Source: Minisyncoccia bacterium
GTDB lineage: Bacteria; Patescibacteriota; Minisyncoccia; Phycocordibacterales; Zambryskibacteraceae
Direction: 5' to 3'
Assembly (NCBI GenBank): GCA_041742965.1
Contig: JBGTNQ010000004.1
Coordinates: 716-64,715, forward strand
DNA: 64,000 nt
Numbering within the stretch: the stretch's first letter is position 1; each line of letters opens with the position of its first letter. Below are positions 28,303 to 38,945 of the stretch, piece after piece. Below the pieces are notes generated by a model, which did not search any database, had not been told where the DNA came from, and saw nothing but the letters and a program-made list of their open reading frames with translations. The translations under genes were made by a program, and so were the position numbers.

Positions 28303-28914
28303 TTATCCTCTTATCTCAACGAGAGTTCCTTTTCTCCCAGGTATAGCACCTGAAATCAAGATCTGATTCTCAGGAACACTAACTTGAATTACGCGAAGGT
28401 TTTTTACAGTAACACGGTCTCCACCCATCCTTCCGGCCATGCGCATTCCCTTTGGCACACGAGTTCGGAGACCCCCTCCAATAGAACCAGGTTCTCGCTC
28501 GGAGTGTTTCTGACCGTGAGTTCGGCGACCACCCTTGAACCCATGACGCTTCACTACACCTTGAAATCCCTTTCCTTTTGAGGTTGAAGAAACTTCTACA
28601 ACATCTCCAGGAGCAAAAACAGAAACATCAAGTGTTGCACCAAGTTCAGGTAAAGTCTCTTCCCCTTTAACCCTAAGCTCTTTTACATGTGCAAAGACAC
28701 CACGACCAGCGAAGTGTCCTTTCAGAGATTTTGATATATTTTTTTCTTTCTTTTGACCGAAGCCAACTTGTAAAGCTTGATAACCGTCCTTCTGAGTGTC
28801 TTTGACTTGAGTTACCACCATTGGGCCAGCAGAAAGGACAGTTACAGGAGTAACAACGCCTTTTTCATCAAAGACCTGTGTCATGCTATGTTTTTTTGCA
28901 AGTATAAACTTCAT
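28303..28914 (-). CDS. rplC: 50S ribosomal protein L3
   Basis: Sequence and position. Confidence 0.9.
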   Translation of the reverse strand: MKFILAKKHSMTQVFDEKGVVTPVTVLSAGPMVVTQVKDTQKDGYQALQVGFGQKKEKNISKSLKGHFAGRGVFAHVKELRVKGEETLPELGATLDVSVFAPGDVVEVSSTSKGKGFQGVVKRHGFKGGRRTHGQKHSEREPGSIGGGLRTRVPKGMRMAGRMGGDRVTVKNLRVIQVSVPENQILISGAIPGRKGTLVEIRG

Positions 28915-29089
28915 TGATTTGTTAGGAGCGAAGCGAGTTACAAATCAATGAACCCCGCCCTATTTCTCCAAGTAGAGAGTACTCTACACTATTTCTTTTC
29001 TATTTCAAGCCTCTAACAAACACCATTTCACCCACCCCCCAGGTGGTGGGAATGATAAATGGGTCGTCTCTAGACTCCCCATTTATCTA

Positions 29090-29461
29090 TTACATCAGCT
29101 TTACATCAATATTCACCCCTGAAGGCAAGCTCAGGTTCGTCAAAGACTCAATGAGCTTGGGGGTTGGATTCACGATATCTATGAGCCTCTTGTGGATTCT
29201 CATTTCAAACTGCTCTCGTGCATTTTTGTACACAAAAGATGCCCGATTAACTGTATATTTCTTTATCTCAGTAGGTAGAGGTATCGGACCCAAAACTTCT
29301 GCATCATATCGAATAGCAGTATCCATAATCTGCTTAACTGAAACATCTAGAATCTTGTACTCATATGCGCGCACACGAATACGCAAACGAGAAATAGCTC
29401 CCTCTTTGGGTACACGAGCTTTCTTTGGAGCGCTCTTTTTTGTTGCAGTTTCTTTTGCCAT
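29090..29461 (-). CDS. rpsJ: 30S ribosomal protein S10, with about 22-aa basic N-terminal extension
   Basis: RLRIRVRAYEYKILD ... GPIPLPT. Confidence 0.88.
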   Translation of the reverse strand: MAKETATKKSAPKKARVPKEGAISRLRIRVRAYEYKILDVSVKQIMDTAIRYDAEVLGPIPLPTEIKKYTVNRASFVYKNAREQFEMRIHKRLIDIVNPTPKLIESLTNLSLPSGVNIDVKLM

Positions 29462-29514
29462 TTTGGTGATTTGCTAATGCGTGTGAAAGTACTTCTTAGA
29501 AAACAGATTTCCTA

Positions 29515-30711
29515 TTAAGCGGTAATTTTTGTTACCACACCTGCTCCAACAGTTTTTCCACCTTCACGAATAGCGAAACGAGTCTGATCTTCAAGTGCAA
29601 TAGGAGCAACCAACTTTACTTTGAAAGTAACAGTGTCTCCGGGCATAACCATTTCCACACCTTCAGCTAGAGTCACTTCTCCAGTAACATCAGTTGTTCG
29701 GATATAGAACTGAGGCTTATAACCAGAGAAGAATGGAGTGTGACGACCACCTTCTTCTTTTTTCAAGATATAAACTTCTGATTCAAATTCAGTATGAGGA
29801 GTAACAGAGCCTGGTTTTGCAAGCACCTGTCCTCTGGTGATATCTTCTTTCTTAAGACCTCGAACCAAAATACCAGCGTTGTCTCCAGCCATTCCAGAAT
29901 CAAGAGACTTGTTGAACATCTCAATACCAGTAACAACTGTCTTTTGTGTGTCTTTCAAACCAACAACCTCCACTTCTTCTCCTACTTTAACAGTTCCGCG
30001 TTCAATTCTTCCTGTTACAACAGTTCCTCGTCCTTCAATAGAGAAGATGTCTTCTACTGGCATAAGGAAAGGTTTTGTAACATCACGCTCTGGAACAGGA
30101 ATGAAGGTATCTAGAGTGTTAGCAAGTTCAAGTATCTTTTGCGCCCATTCATCACTGTTATCTTTTGCTTCGAGACCCTTAAGTCCTGAGCCTCGAATAA
30201 CTGGAGTGTTTGCACCATCAAAACCTTGTTTTGTAAGAAGTTCTCGAACCTCTTCTTCCACTAGGTCAATAAGTTCCTTATCAGGCACCATGTCACACTT
30301 GTTTAGGAAAATAATCAACTTTCTAACACCAACCTGCCATGCTAGGAGAACGTGTTCACGGGTTTGTGGCATCACACCATCAGTAGCTGCGACCACGAGG
30401 ATAGCGCCGTCCATTTGAGCGGCACCAGTAATCATGTTCTTTATGTAGTCAGCGTGACCAGGGGCGTCAATGTGGGCATAGTGTCTTGCTGGAGTTTCGT
30501 ATTCGTTGTGAGAAAGGGCAATAGTAATACCGCGTGCCTTTTCTTCAGGAGCTTTGTCAATACCATCAACACCAACGAGCTTGGCGCTATAACCTTCACC
30601 TTGTCGTGCCAATACAGCAAGAATAGCCGCTGTAAGAGTGGTCTTACCGTGGTCAACGTGACCAATTGTACCGACATTGACGTGAGGCTTACTTCGATCA
30701 AAAGTTGTCAT
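29515..30711 (-). CDS. tuf: Elongation factor Tu
   Basis: [22 protein letters not shown]. Confidence 0.95.
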   Translation of the reverse strand: MTTFDRSKPHVNVGTIGHVDHGKTTLTAAILAVLARQGEGYSAKLVGVDGIDKAPEEKARGITIALSHNEYETPARHYAHIDAPGHADYIKNMITGAAQMDGAILVVAATDGVMPQTREHVLLAWQVGVRKLIIFLNKCDMVPDKELIDLVEEEVRELLTKQGFDGANTPVIRGSGLKGLEAKDNSDEWAQKILELANTLDTFIPVPERDVTKPFLMPVEDIFSIEGRGTVVTGRIERGTVKVGEEVEVVGLKDTQKTVVTGIEMFNKSLDSGMAGDNAGILVRGLKKEDITRGQVLAKPGSVTPHTEFESEVYILKKEEGGRHTPFFSGYKPQFYIRTTDVTGEVTLAEGVEMVMPGDTVTFKVKLVAPIALEDQTRFAIREGGKTVGAGVVTKITA

Positions 30712-30872
30712 AATTTTTTAAAGACTTACTAAAAATAATAAATAAAAATAAAAAAACAGAATCGCCCACCAGCCCAAAGCCGGTAAAACGCGTAGGAGAT
30801 ATGATAACAAAACGGAAGAAATAGTCAAATATTTAAACGGAAAGATGGCGTCTCTAGACAAACTTTCAGACA

Positions 30873-30902
30873 ATAACAAAGGGGCGATCTGTCGATCGCC
30901 CC
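30873..30902 (-). terminator. Intrinsic terminator or attenuator between fusA and tuf
   Basis: ggggcgatc-tgtc-gatcgcccc, with T-run on the minus strand. Confidence 0.45.
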
Positions 30903-30929
30903 TCTTCCCAAGGGGAGGGCTTGGGTAAC

Positions 30930-33083
30930 CTACTTTCTGGCTTCTATAATACCCGTAGCAACATTTGGGGGCACGATAGCGTAGTGGTCGAATTCCATAG
31001 TGGAAGAACCCCTGCCTTCAGTCATTGAGCGGAGAGAGGTTACATATCCAAACATTTCAGAAAGAGGCACCTTGGCAGAGATGACCTTGAGCTCTCCGCG
31101 ATCTTCCATTCCTTCTACTTGCCCGCGTTTTCCAGAAAGATTTCCAGTAACATCACCCATGAATTTTTCTGGCACAACCACTTCCACTTTCATTATCGGT
31201 TCAAGTATAACTGGTTTTGCTTTTCTGGCTGCCTCTTGAAAGGCTTGTGAAGCAGCGATCTTGTATGCGATTTCAGATGAGTCAACATCATGATAACTTC
31301 CGAATGTAAGTTCGCAAGATATGTCAGTCATTTTAAATCCGGCCACAACTCCCCTGTCCATAGATTCTCTAACACCTTTTTCAACTGCAGGAATAAATTC
31401 CTGAGGAATCACACCTCCTTTAATAGAGTCGATGAATTCAAATCCCGGTTCTCGGTGAGCGTTCTTTGGTACTTTTTCTTCAGGGTCATATTGAGGAAGA
31501 GGTTTGATGGTGATTTTCACATGTCCATACTGACCCTTTCCTCCGGTTTGTTTAATATATTTGTTTTCTACTTCAGCTTCTGAAGTAATAGTCTCCTTGT
31601 AAGCCACTTGCGGTTTACCGACATTAGCTTCTACAGAAAACTCTCTTTTCATACGATCAACGAGAATTTCAAGGTGAAGTTCACCCATACCCATGATAAC
31701 TGTTTCACCTGTATCAGAATCTGATTTTATTTTAAAAGTTGGATCTTCATCAGAAAGCCTTTTCAATGCGAGGCCCATCTTTTCTTGGTCAGCCTTTGTC
31801 TTTGGTTCAATACGAAGTGAGATAACTGGTTCTGGGAATTTAATCTGATCTAGAACAATAGGATTATTTTCATCAGAAAAGGTGTGTGATGTCTTTGCAT
31901 TTTTGAGTCCCACTGCGGCAGCAATCTCCCCAGCAAAAACCTTTTTCACTTCTTCTCTTTGGTCTGCTTGGAGGCGCACTATGCGTCCAAGCCTCTCTTT
32001 CTCACCGGTATTTGAATTATAAATATAACTTCCAGATTCTATGGTTCCAGAATAAACACGGAAGAAGGTTAGCTGGCCTACAAATGGGTCTGCTTGAAGT
32101 TTGAAAGCCAGAGCAGAAAAAGGCTCTTCGTCAGATGCTCCGCGCTCTACTTCGTCTCCAGTTCGTGGGTCAATGCCTTTAACTGGTGGGATATCTAGTG
32201 GAGATGGTAGGTAATCGACAACACCGTCGAGAATAATTTGAACACCTTTGTTTTTCAAAGCTGAACCAGCATATACGGGGAAAATTTCGTTAGAAATAAC
32301 CGCCTTACGAAGTGTCTTTTTCAAATCTTCAAAAGAAGCCTCTTTACCCTCCAAGTAAGCGTTCATAAGGGTTTCATCATGTTCAACTATTTTCTCAACG
32401 AGTTCTGCATGATATTTTTCTGCATCAGCTTTGAGTTCTTCTGGTATGTCTTTCTCTACAACCTGGCTACCCATGTTGCCTTCAAAGTAATATGCTTTCA
32501 TTTTTAATAGATCTACAACTCCATCATGTTTATCTTCTTCACCAATTGGAATCTGCAAACGAACAGCTTTTTTAGAAAGCCTGTCTAAAATAGATTTATA
32601 TGAGCGTTCAAAAGAGGCACCTGTCCTGTCTAGTTTGTTTATAAAACAAATACGAGGCACCTTTGCTTCCTCTGCATAGCGCCAGTTTGTCTCTGACTGC
32701 GGTTCAACTCCAGCAACTCCATCAAAAACCACAACAGCTCCATCAAGTACACGCAAAGATCTCTTCACTTCAACAGTAAAGTCAATGTGACCAGGGGTAT
32801 CGATAATATTAAAACGATATTTATTCTCCTTTTTATTTCTCTCCTCATCAGAAAGATATGTTGCTCCCCAAAAACAAGTTACGGCCGCCGCGGTGATGGT
32901 GATACCACGCTCTCTTTCTTGTTCCATCCAGTCGGTAGTGGTTTCACCTTCGTGCACCTCTCCAATCTTGTGCTGTGACCCAGTATAAAAAAGTACACGC
33001 TCTGAAGTGGTGGTCTTCCCAGCATCGATGTGGGCGATGATACCAAAATTTCTAACTCTCTCTAATGGATAATCTCTGTTCAT
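30930..33083 (-). CDS. fusA: Elongation factor G
   Basis: [17 protein letters not shown]. 717 aa. Confidence 0.95.
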   Translation of the reverse strand: MNRDYPLERVRNFGIIAHIDAGKTTTSERVLFYTGSQHKIGEVHEGETTTDWMEQERERGITITAAAVTCFWGATYLSDEERNKKENKYRFNIIDTPGHIDFTVEVKRSLRVLDGAVVVFDGVAGVEPQSETNWRYAEEAKVPRICFINKLDRTGASFERSYKSILDRLSKKAVRLQIPIGEEDKHDGVVDLLKMKAYYFEGNMGSQVVEKDIPEELKADAEKYHAELVEKIVEHDETLMNAYLEGKEASFEDLKKTLRKAVISNEIFPVYAGSALKNKGVQIILDGVVDYLPSPLDIPPVKGIDPRTGDEVERGASDEEPFSALAFKLQADPFVGQLTFFRVYSGTIESGSYIYNSNTGEKERLGRIVRLQADQREEVKKVFAGEIAAAVGLKNAKTSHTFSDENNPIVLDQIKFPEPVISLRIEPKTKADQEKMGLALKRLSDEDPTFKIKSDSDTGETVIMGMGELHLEILVDRMKREFSVEANVGKPQVAYKETITSEAEVENKYIKQTGGKGQYGHVKITIKPLPQYDPEEKVPKNAHREPGFEFIDSIKGGVIPQEFIPAVEKGVRESMDRGVVAGFKMTDISCELTFGSYHDVDSSEIAYKIAASQAFQEAARKAKPVILEPIMKVEVVVPEKFMGDVTGNLSGKRGQVEGMEDRGELKVISAKVPLSEMFGYVTSLRSMTEGRGSSTMEFDHYAIVPPNVATGIIEARK

Positions 33084-33242
33084 AAATTTTTAATTTTTTA
33101 ATTTCCAATTTTCATTAAATCTTCCTACCTGCCAGCAGGCAGGCAATGATTCATTTTTGCAAACGAAATCCGAATTGTTTGAAAATTGAGAATTGGATAT
33201 TGGACATTGATTGTAAATTGAGAATTGTAAATTTAAAACCCC

Positions 33243-33713
33243 CTACCAAGCAAAGTGGGCGAAAGCCTTATTGGCCTCTGCCATCTTGTGGGTATTCTCT
33301 CTTTTCTTTACAGCCTCTCCTTCATTCTTTGAAGCCAAGACTATTTCTTCAGCAAGCCTATTTGCCATTGGTTTGCCTTTTTTTGAACGGGCAGCATCAA
33401 TAAGCCATTTCATAGAGAGAGCTAGGCGTCTTTCTGGTCGAACCTCACGAGGGATTTGGTAGTTTGCCCCTCCTACTCGACGAGAACGTACTTCCATAGT
33501 AGGTCCAGTGTTCTTGAGAGCTGTTTCAAATGTTTCAAGAAGATTGTCTTCTCCAACTTCTTTCTTTATCACTTCAAAAGCACCGTAGACAATATCTCTG
33601 GCAGTATTTTTCTTACCAGAAAGCATTACATAGTTAATGAGTTTTCCAACCTTAAGTGATTCATATACAGAATCGGCGGCGGCAATATTTCTATTTTTAA
33701 CTTTTCTTCGCAT
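33243..33713 (-). CDS. rpsG: 30S ribosomal protein S7
   Basis: Sequence and position. Confidence 0.9.
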   Translation of the reverse strand: MRRKVKNRNIAAADSVYESLKVGKLINYVMLSGKKNTARDIVYGAFEVIKKEVGEDNLLETFETALKNTGPTMEVRSRRVGGANYQIPREVRPERRLALSMKWLIDAARSKKGKPMANRLAEEIVLASKNEGEAVKKRENTHKMAEANKAFAHFAW

Positions 33714-33736
33714 TATAAATTAGATTCTATTTTAGA

Positions 33737-34150
33737 TTAGCTTTTCTTAGGTTTCTTCATTCCATATTGACTGCGACCCTTGCGACGAGTTTCTACTCCA
33801 GTAGCATCAAGAACCCCACGAACCACAGAATATCTTAGTCCAACATCTTTTACACGGCCCCCCTTTAGAAGGACCACTGAGTGCTCCTGTAGATTGTGCC
33901 CCATACCAGGGATATAGGCTGTAACCTCATATCCATTTGAAAGGCGGACACGAGCAATCTTTCGAATAGCAGAGTTTGGTTTCTTTGGAGTTTTTGTAGT
34001 CACCTTAGTACAAACACCACGCTTAAAAGGAGAAAAGAATGGAGATGGTCGATTTTTAATGGCATTAAAACCACGAGTAAGAGCTACCGATTTTGATTTT
34101 CGGCGAGTTATCCTTCTCCTTCGTTTAATTAATTGGTTTATTGTTGCCAT
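33737..34150 (-). CDS. rpsL: 30S ribosomal protein S12
   Basis: MATINQL ... TPKKPNSA ... [18 protein letters not shown]. Confidence 0.92.
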   Translation of the reverse strand: MATINQLIKRRRRITRRKSKSVALTRGFNAIKNRPSPFFSPFKRGVCTKVTTKTPKKPNSAIRKIARVRLSNGYEVTAYIPGMGHNLQEHSVVLLKGGRVKDVGLRYSVVRGVLDATGVETRRKGRSQYGMKKPKKS

Positions 34151-34230
34151 AAGTAAACAAAAAATGCCCTAAAAGCAGTGGGGATACTTTAATACAGAGT
34201 GCTTATTTTTGCAATAGAGATACCGATTTT

Positions 34231-34842
34231 TTAAGAAAAGCTAGTCTGACCAGTTAAAAGATAGAACAGGACACCAACTATTGGGAAAATGAATCGCCAT
34301 AAGAAGAATATGAAGGCGACAACCAAAATAATACTGTTTCTCTCTAAAAAAACCCTGACATTATTCATATGATAAGGCAAAAGAGAAAAAAGGACTTTAG
34401 AGCCGTCTAGGGGCGGGATGGGAACCATATTGAAAACAGCCAACAAAAGATTGATGAATACAATAACAGCAGAAATGCTCAGGAATGCAGGAGACAGAGC
34501 AGACTGGCCAAAGCGTATTAACAGACCAAATATAATGGCGATTAGAATATTTGAAAGTGGCCCAGCTAGAGCAACAATCGCCTCTCCCCAACGCTGATTC
34601 CTTAGATTATATGGATTATATGGAACAGGCTTGGCCCAACCTATAATGAAACCTCCAACTTGGTAAGTAAAAAATGGAACCAAAAAAGAGCCGATGAAAT
34701 CTAAGTGACTAAGGGGGTTTAATGTCAGACGACCTTGATACTCTGCTGTGCGATCTCCTAAAAGTCTCGCGGCATAACCATGAGAAACCTCGTGGATTAC
34801 CACTGACATAATGAGTATTAATATTTGAAAAGCGAAATCCAT
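34231..34842 (-). CDS. M50-family (site-2 protease-like) membrane zinc metallopeptidase
   Basis: HEVSH zinc motif in a TM segment. LDGS motif (PIPPLDGSKV). Polytopic. Confidence 0.6.
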   Translation of the reverse strand: MDFAFQILILIMSVVIHEVSHGYAARLLGDRTAEYQGRLTLNPLSHLDFIGSFLVPFFTYQVGGFIIGWAKPVPYNPYNLRNQRWGEAIVALAGPLSNILIAIIFGLLIRFGQSALSPAFLSISAVIVFINLLLAVFNMVPIPPLDGSKVLFSLLPYHMNNVRVFLERNSIILVVAFIFFLWRFIFPIVGVLFYLLTGQTSFS

Positions 34843-34912
34843 ATTTATTACCTAGAGTGCGATTATACCAGAGCTTGTATTTTTTTGCCTTTTATTGTAA
34901 CTTATATGTCCT

Positions 34913-35155
34913 ATGGCAAAAGTTTGTGCAGTCACAAAAAAAAGTTCTCTAATGGGTGCTGGATACAGCAACCGGACTCGTGCTACCCAATTTAACCCAA
35001 CCGGAAAGGTGCGTAAATATGCCAACCTCCAAAAAAAGAGGATATATATCCCAGAACTCAAAAAGACCATGGTGCTTACACTCTCCGCTCGTGGCATCAA
35101 GACTATAAATAAGAATGGGGCCTATAAAACCCTCAAAAAAGCTGGTGTAATATAA
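34913..35155 (+). CDS. rpmB: 50S ribosomal protein L28
   Basis: MAKVCAVTKKSSLMGAGYSNRTRATQ. 80 aa. The antisense ORF at 34852-35100 is rejected. Confidence 0.8.
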   Translation: MAKVCAVTKKSSLMGAGYSNRTRATQFNPTGKVRKYANLQKKRIYIPELKKTMVLTLSARGIKTINKNGAYKTLKKAGVI

Positions 35156-35187
35156 AAATCCTCGAGTAAAACTCGAGGATTTTTATA
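35155..35187 (+). terminator. Rho-independent terminator
   Basis: aaaatcctcgagt-aaaa-ctcgaggattttt. Confidence 0.6.
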
Positions 35188-35241
35188 TTCTCTCAATTTT
35201 CTGCTAGAGTTGTATGAGAATGCCCTTTCAAGGAGAATCTC

Positions 35242-35571
35242 GTGGATACTCTAACAGGAACCACAGCAACCACCGACTCGAAATTTCAAGAGTTGGAATT
35301 CCCAGTACCCAAACACCTGTGCCCATCATGCCTGATGACGGTATCACCTGTCGTAAGTAGTGATGAATACAAGAAGGCACTACCCAACATGCTTTGCTAC
35401 AGGCCATGCCCGACAGCGCAAGACTTGTACGGAGCAATAATGAAAGTGCCTGGAATACTTTTGTACAGGTTCCAATGCGGAACCCTCTTCGTGACTTGTG
35501 ACAATACGCACAATCACGAAGAAATTCGTCGGGAAATTCTCCAAATCATAAACCGCCCAGTAGGTGATTAG
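35242..35571 (+). CDS. Hypothetical Cys-rich protein, GC-rich cassette D
   Basis: 109 aa. GTG start 5 nt after SD AAGGAG. GC about 48%. Multiple CxxC/CP motifs. Terminator follows. Confidence 0.45.
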   Translation: MDTLTGTTATTDSKFQELEFPVPKHLCPSCLMTVSPVVSSDEYKKALPNMLCYRPCPTAQDLYGAIMKVPGILLYRFQCGTLFVTCDNTHNHEEIRREILQIINRPVGD

Positions 35572-35592
35572 CCTGCGGGCGGTTTTATGTTT
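35551..35592. terminator. Intrinsic terminator (bidirectional)
   Basis: aaccgccc-18 nt-gggcggtt then TTAT. Confidence 0.5.
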
Positions 35593-35594
35593 CC

Positions 35595-36452
35595 TTATTT
35601 AACTTTGATATTTGTTCCGTCTGAATGAAAAGTAATATTCCCCTCTTTTGCTGTTTCAAAAATCTTTACATCAAAATTTTTTAATCTCTCTACTACATCT
35701 ATATGAGGATGGCCATAAGAATTATCTTTGCCAGCGGATATAACCCCGTACTTTGGAGAAACGGCGGACAAAAAAATATCACTGGTTGAAGTTTTTGAAC
35801 CATGGTGGCCAACCTTTAGAACTTCGCAATTTAAACTGTTCCCCAAAATACTAACGATGTAATTTTCCATCTTTTCTGGAGCATCACCAGTTAACATAAA
35901 ACAAGTATCGCCATATACATAACGAGCGATAATGGAAGCATCGTTTGTATTTAAAGAAGAAACATCTCTATCCGGAAAAAGGATTTCCAGATAAGATCCG
36001 TCCATCAAATCAACTATCATTCCCTTGTGAGCAATCAAAGTTTTGACATCTTTTTCGGTTAAAAGCCTGTCTATCTCATCATCAAAAGAATTTGGAGACT
36101 CTGCCCCCGGTTCAATAAAAACCCCCACCCTATACCTGTTTATCAAGTGTGGGAAACCTGCAATATGGTCTTTGTCCGGATGCGTGGCGACCAGAACATC
36201 TACAAATTTATCGAAAAAAGAAATTTCTTTTGATATTTGCCTCAAAATAGATTTACTTGGACCAGCATCAATGATGATTTGATTCCCAGTTCTGCCAGTT
36301 ATGAGCAAGCTATCTCCCTGACCGACGTCTAGAAAAGACACAGAAACATAGTCCTTTGGCCTCTCATAGAATACCGCCGTCCAAATGGCAACATTGATAA
36401 TAACCAAGAATAAAAGTCCTAAAGACTGATAGTTTTTCTTGATTTGTCCCAT
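35595..36452 (-). CDS. Membrane-anchored MBL-fold protein resembling the ComEC/Rec2 C-terminal metallo-beta-lactamase domain
   Basis: One TM segment. MBL motifs: HPDKDHIAG, LKVGHHGSKTS. Start moved to ATG 36452 (MGQIKKNY). Confidence 0.55.
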   Translation of the reverse strand: MGQIKKNYQSLGLLFLVIINVAIWTAVFYERPKDYVSVSFLDVGQGDSLLITGRTGNQIIIDAGPSKSILRQISKEISFFDKFVDVLVATHPDKDHIAGFPHLINRYRVGVFIEPGAESPNSFDDEIDRLLTEKDVKTLIAHKGMIVDLMDGSYLEILFPDRDVSSLNTNDASIIARYVYGDTCFMLTGDAPEKMENYIVSILGNSLNCEVLKVGHHGSKTSTSDIFLSAVSPKYGVISAGKDNSYGHPHIDVVERLKNFDVKIFETAKEGNITFHSDGTNIKVK

Positions 36453-36518
36453 ATTTTTATTATAACCCCAGCAAATGATATAATTAAAAAGCGACAACTT
36501 ACTATTTAAGCCAATACA

Positions 36519-37109
36519 ATGACCCAATTTCAAGAACAAAAATTTAATATTCCAAAGCTCATTGGAATTTCGGAAAAAAACATTGAAGAACACTTGAAGC
36601 TTTACTCTGGATATGTGAAAAATGCCAACACTATTCTTGAAAAGATAGACGAATACAAAACAGATAGTGAAAAACATGCTTATGCACTAGGAGAACTTGG
36701 CCGAAGATTTGCATTTGAATTTGATGGTATGAGAAATCACGAATACTATTTCCATTCACTTGAAGGTGGGGCGACGCCACTTTCAAATGGAGCTCTAAAA
36801 GAAAAAATTGAAGAAACTTGGGACTCACTTGATAATTTCCTGACAATGTTCAAGGCTCTCGCCCTGACGCGCGGTGTAGGATGGGCATGGCTCTATTATG
36901 ACAAACACACCGACAGACTCTTAACACAGTGGAGTGATGAGCAACATTTAGGCCACCTCGTTGGCTGTACACCAATCCTCGGTATTGATGTTTGGGAACA
37001 TGCATTTGTCTCCGACTATCAACCTTCTGGTAAAAAACAATATGTGGAAGACTTTTTATCCAATCTAAACTGGTCCGTTATAGAGGAAAACTACAATCAA
37101 TCGAAGTAA
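36519..37109 (+). CDS. sod: Fe/Mn superoxide dismutase family protein (divergent N-terminal His pair)
   Basis: C-terminal GIDVWEHAF ... NW signature, GVGWAWL, RNHEYY. The canonical HHxKHH is replaced by EEHLKLY. Confidence 0.6.
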   Translation: MTQFQEQKFNIPKLIGISEKNIEEHLKLYSGYVKNANTILEKIDEYKTDSEKHAYALGELGRRFAFEFDGMRNHEYYFHSLEGGATPLSNGALKEKIEETWDSLDNFLTMFKALALTRGVGWAWLYYDKHTDRLLTQWSDEQHLGHLVGCTPILGIDVWEHAFVSDYQPSGKKQYVEDFLSNLNWSVIEENYNQSK

Positions 37110-37138
37110 AGGAAACCCCATGATACAATCTCTCTTTT

Positions 37139-38944
37139 ATGGGAAAAGTTAGGATCTTCATAAATAATATTTTTCGATCACTGAAACTCACTGTGAGTTT
37201 TTCTCCAAAAGTGAGTGTTGCTTTGTTTTTGGTAACAATGGCGGTCAGTTTGTCCCCCATATTTCAAGCAAAAGTCCTTGGAAACATTGTTGACGGCATA
37301 ATACTTGCCCTTTCTACCAACCAGTCAATCCAAACAGTGATGGCTCTTGTCTTTGGTTACGCCGCTATTTGGGGAGGTACTAGAATAGCCAACTCATTAC
37401 AATTATTACTGAATAAAATATGGAGTCTAGAAAACGGGGACGCGCTAGACCTTCTTTTCTTGAAAAAAAGGGCCGAGATTGATTTAGCTCATTATGAAAA
37501 CCCAAAATTCCAAAACCTTATGTTGCGTGCATTTAACAGGGGAACTTGGCCACTTTTTGAAATGGCAGACATGCAACCTCAAATCTTTGCGAACATATCT
37601 GTTATTTTGGTATCTTCTTTGTTCGCCTCATCTATCAACCCTTATATTTATATAATTATCATCCTATCCTCATTGCCAAGCTTTATCGTACAGTTTGTAT
37701 ACGGATCTAAGGTGTGGGGTATTTGGGGCGAACACAGTGAAAGACAAAGAAAGTACTCTTCACTTCGCTATCACATCATAAACAGAACTGGTGTAACTCA
37801 ATTAAAACTTCTTCAGAATGCAAAAGGTGTCCTAAGTATCATAGAGAAAATTCTTTCAGACTTTAAAAACGACCAACTCAAGACGGATAGAAAACGATTC
37901 TTTGCCACTGCTATATCAAGTCTTATCTCCGCTATAGGATTTGGAATAGCGATGATCATAATAGCTCGGCAGGTTCTAGATAATAACGAAGTTGGAACAC
38001 TGGTATTCATAGTAGGAACATTGGCGGCTTTGGTGGGTGCCATAAACCAACTTTTGGCACAAGTTGCAACCCTTCTTGAAAAAAACCTATATGTTACCGA
38101 TATCTTCCAAGTGCTAGACACAGAACCATTTATCAAGAAAACCCTAAACCCTATTAGGCTTGATCTGACAAAGGCCCCTAGTATTGAATTTAGAAATGTA
38201 AGCTTCAAATATGACGGGCGAGATGATTGGATTCTCCGAAATATAAATATAACCATAAAGTCAGGAGAAAAAATTGCTCTTGTGGGCTCAAACGGAGCTG
38301 GTAAAACCACTTTAATAAAACTTCTCTCTCGTATATACGACCCAACAGAAGGAGATATATTTATAAACGAAATCAATCTCAAAGATATAGATCCCGCTGA
38401 ATGGAGCTCTTATCTTTCAGTGCTTCTCCAGGATTACCTGAACTACGACCTGACTGTCAGGGAATCCATAGGTATGGGAAGAATTGAATCTGAATCAGAT
38501 GAAAAGACAGTAAGAGAGGCTGCTGTTTGGAGTGGGGCAAGTGAGTTCATAGAAACATGGGAGAAAAAATATGACCAACAACTAGGAAAAGAATTTGACA
38601 GCGGTATTGAACCATCAAAAGGCCAGCAACAGAAGATTGCTCTTGCCCGCACACTTTTTCGTAATGGACTCGTTGTTATACTTGACGAACCTACAGCCGC
38701 CATTGACGCACTGTCAGAAATGGAAATATTTGAAGCCATGGAAGACGCGGTCCGTGGCAACACCCTGATACTCATAACTCACAGATTTAATACCACACAG
38801 AGTGTAGACAGAATAGTTGTCATAGAACACGGAGAGATTCAGGAAGCAGGCTCACACAAAGAACTTATGGCCAAAAAAGGTATTTATAAAAACATGTTCG
38901 AAAGCCAAGCTAAAAGTTTTAAAAATACTGAAGAGCAACAATAA
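37139..38944 (+). CDS. ABC transporter, fused permease/ATP-binding (exporter type)
   Basis: 6-TM N-terminal domain. Walker A GSNGAGKTT. Signature-like SKGQQQKIALAR. Walker B ILDEPTAAID. H-loop. Confidence 0.8.
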   Translation: MGKVRIFINNIFRSLKLTVSFSPKVSVALFLVTMAVSLSPIFQAKVLGNIVDGIILALSTNQSIQTVMALVFGYAAIWGGTRIANSLQLLLNKIWSLENGDALDLLFLKKRAEIDLAHYENPKFQNLMLRAFNRGTWPLFEMADMQPQIFANISVILVSSLFASSINPYIYIIIILSSLPSFIVQFVYGSKVWGIWGEHSERQRKYSSLRYHIINRTGVTQLKLLQNAKGVLSIIEKILSDFKNDQLKTDRKRFFATAISSLISAIGFGIAMIIIARQVLDNNEVGTLVFIVGTLAALVGAINQLLAQVATLLEKNLYVTDIFQVLDTEPFIKKTLNPIRLDLTKAPSIEFRNVSFKYDGRDDWILRNINITIKSGEKIALVGSNGAGKTTLIKLLSRIYDPTEGDIFINEINLKDIDPAEWSSYLSVLLQDYLNYDLTVRESIGMGRIESESDEKTVREAAVWSGASEFIETWEKKYDQQLGKEFDSGIEPSKGQQQKIALARTLFRNGLVVILDEPTAAIDALSEMEIFEAMEDAVRGNTLILITHRFNTTQSVDRIVVIEHGEIQEAGSHKELMAKKGIYKNMFESQAKSFKNTEEQQ

Positions 38945-38945
38945 T

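Noticed and set aside
19659-30732. Numerous 60-190-aa ORFs antisense to ribosomal protein genes, tuf and fusA (for example 19886-20290, 26363-26890, 29837-30418)
   Set aside because: They are mirror-frame artefacts of highly expressed, well-supported genes on the opposite strand and have no independent signals.
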